From Chromera velia (taxonomy: Eukaryota), in contig JAHBMJ010000307.1 of assembly GCA_018398765.1 (NCBI GenBank), forward strand, positions 1 to 50,638: a DNA stretch of 50,638 nt. The letters run 5' to 3'. Shown one piece after another: positions 42,594-50,638 of this stretch (its first letter is position 1; each line of letters begins with the position of its first letter). The notes below the pieces were generated by a model, which saw only the letters and a list, made by a program, of their open reading frames with translations, did not search any database and was not told where the DNA came from. The translations under genes were made by a program, and so were the position numbers.

Positions 42594-43574
42594 ACACGCC
42601 TTTGGGTGATTCAATTCCAGTCTTTGAGAAGGGCGGGCAGCTAGGCTGCATGTGTGGTTTGGGGAGACACGAAAGAAAGCGTGGAGACAGGATCGATCGG
42701 GGCCAACACCCCCCCACAAAAAGGGGGGGAAAGAGGAAACAGCTGGGCCGTCACACAAAGAAAGGGTAAGGCCTAGAGTAAGGCTTCATTGAGTTCAGTA
42801 TCTGTGGTGATCAGGAGAAGATTGGCAATTGCGGTTGAGGAAAAACGCGACTATTGTCAACAAGCAATCGAAAGTGCGCGGAAACGTCTCCTTGCGTCTG
42901 AAAAGGAGTAGTATATTGACAGTTGTGTGCATGTGCGTCGGCACGTATGTCTATGTATGTTTCCGCCCTTTTGGATGCATAGTCATCCAATCCTGTCAGC
43001 CTCTCAATGCTCTGCACACGGCCCCGGCGTGATTCGCCGCGCGAATGAGCGGCATGTGCCGGTCTACGATGCCTCCCTTTAAATTGTCTTCTCTCGACTT
43101 TGGAGACAAAAAAGGGTCGACGGGTCGGTCGATCGAGCAAAGGCCGCGGTTCGTCGGAAGCCGACTGCCCAGCTAGCTGCCCAGCTCCTTCGGCGCTTAG
43201 ATGTCGAAAAGAAACTCATGACAGAAGCATGAGACTCATGATAAGAGGCCGATGGCTAGGCCGATGGATCTCTTGAAAAGGGGGAGTGATGTCCATCTTT
43301 GTTTCTAGCTTTGTTTGCCTTTGGGAGACTAATTATAAATTCGAAACATAGTACTGCACAGTAAAAACAAATAATACATATATCTAGACATATATAGTTT
43401 AATAATTAAAATACTTTTTATTTTGAAAAAAAATATTAAATATAACCTAAAATGTATAACATCGATCATCAGATTGAATTCAAGGTTTGTTGACTGTTGT
43501 TATACTACAGTTATGGAGACTCTAGGCTGAACCATATTAAATTAACTTTAAAGTAAGTAAGGAATCTACTACTA

Positions 43575-44330
43575 AGGATAGGATAGGATAGGATTTTATG
43601 TTCCAGGAACTAGTCCAGGAATCCCCGCGGTCCTCTGCGAGGTATCGGCAAGAAATGATGAATCCTAGGATAAACCTGATATGAAATGATATGATTTAAT
43701 TGGTGCTCTAGGTAGAGCACTGTCGCCGTTCTACTAGAAGTCGCCCCTGCGAACGGCAAAGCTGCGTCCCATACTGAGGCTTCAGATCGCACCTCGCGCT
43801 CTGCCTGAGGTTTCCCCTAGACCGTCAACGACCAACATTCTTTGTTCAGTTTGCATACTTTATGTTGGTAACTGATTGCTAGAGCCGAATCAAATTGTAG
43901 ACGGCCCCAGGACATCTCTGCTTTCTGTGCATGCTTTTTTAATCTTTTCTTTCACCTTCCTCCTTCCCTGTCTTCCAATTCTTCTTGCTTCTTCTATTTG
44001 ATCTAGTATTGTTTTATATTCTTTTCTTTTTTCTTCCCCCCTTCCTTTCCTCTTCATGATGGCTTCATGCCTCTGCGTTAACACCGTCCCATCTAATGGG
44101 CTGCCTGCCTCATACTTTCCCGGACTTTCCTCAAACATTCGTTTCCTGAATGTCGCCTTCCCCCCAAACTTATCTACCGCTGCGTGTTCTTCGTTCAGTA
44201 AAAATCGATAGAAATTCAAAGAGAGCGTGTGTGTCTTAAATTTTTTCTTCTTATCCATTGTTTTTCCTTTCCCTGCATGCCTCTCTTACCCTGTCTACTG
44301 TCTTTTCATTTCAGCTCTGCTTCTATTAAA
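43575..44330 (-). mobile_element. Possible degraded, 5'-truncated non-LTR retroelement remnant(s)
   Basis: On the minus strand, a K/R/E-rich ORF fragment (44258-43890) is followed by stem-loops (GCCGTTC...GAACGGC at 43725-43757; GTGCTCTA-GG-TAGAGCAC at 43703-43720) and short pentamer tails (~43677-43697 and (ATCCT)3 at 43576-43593). No RT or endonuclease motif is visible, so this rests on architecture only. Confidence 0.3.
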
Positions 44331-46798
44331 TAATCTTACAGGATTATATTGTGACATAATTGACAATGTGTTAAAGGCTGAGGCCGGGAGCCTTAATTAG
44401 ACCTGCGTGCCAGTTGACTAGCGTCTGCATTACACCATTATGCTACCATACATCCATGCACATACATTACTCCACTCCATTAATTAGCACTCCATTACAC
44501 TCCATACATGCATATATGCAACTATCAACGCATCGTATTACAACACATACATTCTTACATTGCACTTAAAAACCTGCAACTGCTGGCCAGCAGTGCCCGG
44601 CATAACATGGATGCAAGGTAATAGATGCACTTGAATTATAGTCCTGGGATAGCATAAGATTATACTTAATTTTCTTTGACAAAGTTTGAATGAAACACAA
44701 AATGACAAAGGGCGCCGTTTTGAAGGGCGGAGGTGCCCGGGGCAGCCCAAGGTGGGGCCGCTAGAGCGATAGCATGCAATGCCATACATTTTCTATTACT
44801 TTTAGGATTACACTTTAGCAATTAAGCTTAATAATGCCTACGTACGGAGCCTGTTTCTCTTGCACTTTTTATCTAATAAAGTATACATGCATTCACGATT
44901 AGAAATTTGGTTTTTAAATTATAAAAAGAAAAATTTATGTAAAATATTTCAACGTCGTATCCTCAATTTCCTTGTTTTTTTTTTTTTCTTTTCCTTTGCT
45001 GTCCTAGCTCCTGAGAGCGCCGTTGGAGACGGTGCCAGGAGACCCTACTAAGACATATGCAACCTCTTCAAGGTCTAGTTCACAAAGTATTTTGGATGCT
45101 TATCTGCATCTGCATCAGCTCTATCTGCGTGATCATAAACATTTGTACATCGCTGTGCGCTCCAGTTTGCATTTTATACTCCAAAAAAGTTCAAAGTACG
45201 TCCTCTTGTGACCTAAAAAATCGTTCCGTACAAACTTTTAGACAAACTTGAAGCAATCTAACTTTGAAGACAGCTAAAAAAATAAAAACTTTGAAGGCCG
45301 GCTAATAAGTATATGCGGTATATATATTTCGAGCTATATCTAGCTTGAGGCTGGTCTACTAGTAGGGGTTGGTAACGCTCGGCATTAGGGTAGGATGCCA
45401 ATCCTTAGCAATCCTCCAGACATTAATCCTATAGCTATCCCATTTATATCCTATCCACCTGGCCTTTGTAAAACTGCTAGCTTACTAAGTTTAGCTGCTA
45501 GCAAAACTGTTACATAAGTACGTACATTTTTAGTCTAGCTCTTTGCTAAGCCAGTTGCTAAGCCCTTAGTTAAAATTTGTCTATTTCAAACAAAAATTAT
45601 CACAAAATTTATCAAAACAGGAGTCAACTAAAACTTATTATTAAACTTATACTCTTTTGGTTTGGAACCCTTTGGTTGTCTGCTTGCGAAACAAGTAGCC
45701 AGCTTCTTTCAGTCTCTCACATCTATAGAACACGCCTTGCCTACAGCTGTATAGCAGGCGTGTATCGCTGGTTCTTGTGCTCCCTTTGTCTTTTCCACCA
45801 AGCGTCTGGCTGTGCCCCTTGACAATTCTCTCCTAGCAGACACGGATGAGCCACGCCAAGAAAAGCTAAAAAAAAAAGGGAAATATAAGCGGAAGGAGAT
45901 ATGTCACAAGATCCAGATGAATCAATGGCTTGGTGAATGGGCTAGAAGACAGGAAGGCAGCAGGAATAGAGATAGAATCTTCTATCCCCGTGTTGCCCTC
46001 ACTGATTTCTAAAAAGAGAATCCTTCCAGACAGAGGCTCTCCATGCTCCTTCTAGCAGAAAGAAAATGGCAGTCACGTCCATCAGACACAGGAAACGATC
46101 TACACATATGCACGCTGTCCACTTGTCTTCTTAAATCTTCTGTAAACATCCGCCCTCTTCTAAGAGCGATGACGGGTGGTTATGTATAACGGGGGGAGCT
46201 AGAGAAGACCTGCTCGGCTTGCTCTGGCAGAAAGGTTTGTGATGAGATCCACCTGCTTACGGAATGTGCGCTCACAGAGAGAGAGAGACAGAAGCTTGAC
46301 AGAATCATCAGTAGAATAAAGGAGTGTGCGCCCATTAAGAAACGGGTGGAAATCGTGCAATGAGTGGTTGCCTGGGCTGGTAGAGGAGTGGGGGGGAATG
46401 AAAAGAAAGTCCGAGAGATGATTGTTCTTACATCGTCGTTCCAGCCTCTGGCGGGTATGAGGGCGCTTGAGGAGTGTATAGTCAAATTTGAGTGAGTTCG
46501 TGTTACCATATATTAATAAATCAATGCGCTAGGTTAACAAACTAACATTGTATGTCATGCCCTGTGGTTGCCTAGAGCCTAAGTGGTGGCTCACCGGCTT
46601 TAACTGCCTCAATTCAATTCAATTCACTAAGTTTATCAATAAAAATCAATCTCTAGTACTGCATGATGAACGGCTACTAAAAGCGTTTCATATAAAATGT
46701 ATCACAATTCAGCTAGCTGAAAACGGAATTAAGTTACGGAACAAGCAAGAAGTCTAAGTGACCGTCTAACTAAAATGTTGCAGTTATTCGGGTTATGA

Positions 46799-47262
46799 CT
46801 ATTCATCTACCAAAACCCCCCTCGACCTTTTTGATTTCTTAGCGGGCCCTACCGGTAGTACCTCGTCTAACGTGAGCTCGTACCACAAGTCTGCGCCTCT
46901 CGGGACATAAGAGGGAACGCCTTCATCAGCATACCCTGCCTTCGTGGGGACCCAAATTCGTCTCGTCTCTCCCTCTCGCATTTGCTTCACTTGGACTTCT
47001 ATTCCATCAATCACGTAGTTCTTGTCCAAAGGAACAACTAGTGGATCCTTTCCCACGGTTGTGTCGAATTTCCCGACTGCACATACGCACACACACACAC
47101 ACACACGCACAGAGACAAACTAAATGGTTTCTTTCCCTCCTTTTCTTTATGACAGACAGACTATGTCGTCTTTTCTCTCCTTTTTCTCTACATACAGGCA
47201 GACAGACAGGCAGACAAACAGACAGACAATATCGTCTTTTCTTCACAAACAGACAGACAGAC

Positions 47263-47297
<35 letters not shown>

Positions 47298-47346
47298 GAC
47301 AGACAGAGACAGACAGAGACAGACAGAGACAGACAGAGAGACAGAC

Positions 47347-47388
<42 letters not shown>

Positions 47389-48795
47389 TATCGTCCTTTC
47401 TTTTCCTTTCCCCCTTTTTTGATTCTCTTCTTTTTTTTTTTCTTTCTTCTTTTGGCGCGCTCTCTCAGTGGAAGGGTACAAGACAGACGGAAAGAGACAG
47501 GGCAGAGACCAGCAGAGACAGACAGACAAACACGGAGAGAGAGACAGAGCGAGACAGAGACAGACAGACAAAAAGAAAGAGAGGAACAGACAGAAAACAA
47601 CCGACCAAGATGGAAACAGACAGAGACAGACAGAGTCTGATTAAGACAGACAGAGACAGACAGAGACAGACAGACAGACAGACAGACAGGCAGGCAGGCA
47701 GGCAGGCAGAGACAGAGACAGAGACAGAGACAGAGACAGAGACAGAGACAGAGACAGAGACAGAGACAAAGACAGAGACAGACAGAGACAGACAGACACA
47801 AACAGAGACAGACTGACAGACAGACAGACAGACAGACAGAAAGAGGCAGAGACAGAGACAGAAAGAGACACAGAGACAAACAGAGAGAGGCAGACAGAGA
47901 CTGATTGAGACAGACAGAGACAGAGATAGAGACAGACAGATAGAGACAGGGAGAGACAGAGACAAAGAAAATCTGAAAGAGCGGCAGAGGTCAGAAAGAG
48001 ATTCAAAGACAAAATACGCGATAACAGAGGCAAACAAAAAGGACGGCGAAAGATGAAGAGATAGAGGGAGACAAAGAGACACACATTGGCACGAAAGAAA
48101 GGCAGAGAGAGGGAGAAATGGGAAGAGAGAGACAGAGGAGAGGAAGGGAGAAATGGCCAGAGAGAAAGAGGGCAGAGGTAGAGGCAGAGACAGAGACACA
48201 GGGAGGCACAGTGAGATGGGAAAAAAGAGAAAGGGGGGCGGATGGGAAGAAACGGACACAGACAGCGATGGATAAAGACAATGCCTGAGACACATAGTAT
48301 GGTACTGCCGGCGCATCAAAGAAGCAGAGGAGAGTTTGGACATGAAAGATGATTCTTTGAAGGGGTTTTCCAGCAGAGAGAAGTGAAACAGACGAAGCGG
48401 AGACGGCTGTCATGCATTTGCCCACCTGAGTTTCCGAATCCCCTCAACCAGGCGGTGTACTCAATTTTGACTCTATCCTTCTTTCCAGGATACCGTCCTG
48501 TTCCATCTTTAAGCACTTTGTATTTGGTTCCCAGGGGTCCGTCCAGGAATCCCTCCAAACTAGAGTCCGTTGCCTCCACTTCAGAGGGGAAGAGCGCAGA
48601 AGCAGAGACAAGAATTGCCATCTGTCGGTGAAAGGAGGAAATGTGTGAACGACGACTCCCCCTCTCCCTGTCTCCTGCTTTCCCTGAGTTCCGCCCCTTC
48701 TGATCAGCAGGCGGGCCCTGAAGAAGCGAGAATCCCGATGCCAGAAGCTTCGAGGAGAAAAGAAGAACGGCAAGGTACCCGACAGAGACGCCCAT
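46799..48795 (-). CDS. FKBP-type peptidyl-prolyl cis-trans isomerase, probably targeted to the plastid thylakoid lumen; exons 48795-48426 and 47076-46799 (215 aa)
   Basis: GTKYKVLKDGTGRYPGKKDRVKIEYTAWL...KFDTT...VIDGIEVQVKQMREGETRRIWVPTKAGYADEGVPSYVPRGADLWYELTL follows the FKBP fold pattern. Donor CAG|GTGGG and acceptor TGCAG|TC join in phase 1. The N-terminus is a hydrophobic signal peptide. Confidence 0.93.
47150..47965. repeat. Compound (GACA)/(GAGACA) microsatellite within the FKBP intron
   Basis: Directly visible. Confidence 0.95.
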
Positions 48796-49508
48796 TGTAG
48801 TCTCGTGCCGTCTCCACCTAAAAACAACCCTCCTCTCCAAATTACTTAAATTGTGTTACCCGCCAAGAAGGAACTCGGAGCAAGCAAGTCCTCCGGACTA
48901 TATATCCCTGCGAGAGAAAGGCAGGATGTCAGAAAGAGGTGATGCATGAGGCCTCGAGTCTTCTCGACATCGATCGATCGATCCCTCGACTGAGGTGCAT
49001 GATGCTCATGCTATAGCAGTGCCTTGCGGCGCTCGCATCGGCGCGCGCATGCACAGAGTTGGCCGGCCGGATGTTGTTGTTGTCGCGCGCGTCCTGCAAT
49101 TCAATTCAATCTGACAAGGATTGTGATGATGACAATACGTATATAAAAGACCTTCAACTCGCAGTCCTGTAGAGTTTCTTGCTGCACATACATCTCCCAC
49201 TTAGGGACTGCGAGCCAGAGGGTTGAAATCACGAGAAACCGGGAGCGCAATCATCCGCTTGTCACATTACGGGTTCTCCTTAACCCCCTTGTCTCGTCGT
49301 GGCATCCCGCTGCAGAACTGAGAACTTCCTTGTTTGCGTGCTTCTTCACGTCCAAGAATCCTCCATATTTCCAGTAAAAAGGTTCTACTCAAGCTGCTTG
49401 CAAGCATAGAGAACCGAGTCTTCATCTGCTGTCCTGGATATTCGTCTCTTTTTGCAGTGGTATGATTGAATTCTTGAGTCTCCTTATTTGTCTCCCACTC
49501 TAAGAGCA
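48796..49508. promoter_or_regulatory. Putative bidirectional promoter between the divergent FKBP and Cys/His-repeat genes
   Basis: The 713-bp head-to-head gap has a central CG-rich palindromic patch (48970-49092) flanked by TATATA at ~48899 and TATATAAAAG at 49140-49149. Function is inferred from position. Confidence 0.45.
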
Positions 49509-50588
49509 ATGCTTCCTCAATCCGTGCCCGTCGGCAGCCAGCAACACCAAGAGCAGCTGCAAGGTGTAGGGGGGCAGGAGATGATCCAGCCTCTCCAGTC
49601 TCTAGTTTTGGAGGGGGAGGAGGGGTATAGAGACAGGCACAAGAGGTGTGAGCACCATAGGAGGCAAAACCAATGCAGGGAGTGTGGGGGGGTCTCCGTG
49701 TGCAGACATGGAAACTCCAACAAGTACAATTGCGTCAAGTGCAATCCAGAGAAGTCACTTCGACTCGGTACTGCTTGCAGAAAAGAGATGGACAACCGAA
49801 AACTCCTCAACACATTTGAACTGTCTCTCGCTGCCGTCATTGGCGAGACGCCTCCTCGTAACTCGGCGTCTGCTCGGATGATTGTCGACCGAGTGTCTAC
49901 TGAGATTCGGAACCTGACAAGTCGGGGATGGCACTACGAAAGAGACGTCTTCGAAATTGCTGATCAGATTGTACAGCGGTACAGCACAAACACTAGTTCT
50001 GCACCTTCTGGGGGGGAATCGGGTGAGGATGACGATTCGTGGGGAGAGCTGTTGGAGATGTGGGAGGAAGTCGCAGAGACGTTGAGCCAAGAGTGTGCGC
50101 ATCTGCCGAGTCGATATGATTCTTTGGGGGCGCGGCGTGAAGCTGCAAACAGACAGCGACAGGCGGAAGCAGCAGCAGCGTTGGGGTATGCACCAATAGC
50201 AGAAGAAGGTCTTCGTGTTCACGCGGGCAGTGTCGGTGCTTCGGCATCTGCCTCAGCCTCCGTATCCCTGTCAGACAGACCCCGTGGGACCTCCACCGCA
50301 CCCTCTGCCACGGTGAGACAGAGAGTGGTCAAAGAAAGAAGCAGTGCAGCCTCCAAAGGAATCGCACCCCCGCGTTCCTCTTCTTCCTCTTCCTCCTCTT
50401 CTTCGTCCTCATCCGCCGCGGCCGCGGCAGCAGCAGTAGTTGGAAGGAGAGAGGGGGGAGGGGGAGAAAGAGAATATTCTGCTGATCCGGCAGTGCCTCC
50501 GGTTCCTTTGCATCATGCTGCCGTTTTGGGGGGTCCCTGTGAAGGATCGATGGACCCGCAAACAGACATGCATCCTTCCTCAGACTGA
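49509..50588 (+). CDS. Hypothetical protein (359 aa) with two C-x-H-x6/7-C-x2-C putative zinc-binding repeats and a low-complexity C-terminus
   Basis: Uninterrupted ORF from ATG 49509 to TGA 50586-50588 containing CEHHRRQNQCRECGGVSVCRHGNSNKYNCVKC, a predicted helical middle region and a Ser/Ala-rich tail. Confidence 0.8.
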   Translation: MLPQSVPVGSQQHQEQLQGVGGQEMIQPLQSLVLEGEEGYRDRHKRCEHHRRQNQCRECGGVSVCRHGNSNKYNCVKCNPEKSLRLGTACRKEMDNRKLLNTFELSLAAVIGETPPRNSASARMIVDRVSTEIRNLTSRGWHYERDVFEIADQIVQRYSTNTSSAPSGGESGEDDDSWGELLEMWEEVAETLSQECAHLPSRYDSLGARREAANRQRQAEAAAALGYAPIAEEGLRVHAGSVGASASASASVSLSDRPRGTSTAPSATVRQRVVKERSSAASKGIAPPRSSSSSSSSSSSSSAAAAAAAVVGRREGGGGEREYSADPAVPPVPLHHAAVLGGPCEGSMDPQTDMHPSSD

Positions 50589-50604
50589 CCGATCGACTCA
50601 AGGG

Positions 50605-50636
<32 letters not shown>

Positions 50637-50638
50637 GA

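Noticed and set aside
47007..48343. Long ORFs rich in CLSV/TDRQ/ERER, also at 29473-30051, 22505-22886 and 12975-13535
   Set aside because: They are translations of stop-free microsatellites inside introns.

Overview
Eukaryotic nuclear DNA with many GT-AG introns full of microsatellites. It is most likely from a chromerid-type photosynthetic alveolate such as Chromera. That is an inference from intron style, TGCATGCA abundance, a complex-plastid targeting presequence and a TSH-type MAPK, not a database result. Hand-spliced, phase-consistent gene models give five genes: (1) the 3' part of an orphan gene (2-1424, +); (2) a very large type IIIalpha phosphatidylinositol 4-kinase gene (PI4KA/STT4 family, 4101-34369, +, about 44 exons, about 3,950 aa) with a roughly 590-aa insertion in the kinase N-lobe; (3) a 3-exon MAP kinase with a TSH activation motif, a 69-aa loop insertion and a Ser gatekeeper (35922-39149, +); (4) a 2-exon FKBP-type PPIase with an apparent signal, transit and twin-arginine presequence (46799-48795, -); (5) a single-exon protein with two C-x-H...C-x2-C repeats (49509-50588, +). 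The most unusual structure is PI4K intron 38. Its donor is (GTAG)7 and its acceptor plus exon start is amplified as a 74-bp array containing potential in-frame 9-nt micro-exons. A second duplicated acceptor occurs two introns earlier. Intergenic AT/TpA-rich islands look like hypermutated repeats, and some contain hairpin plus (ATCCT)n ends resembling non-LTR retroelement 3' termini. Homology statements rest on motifs recalled from known families; no searches were run.
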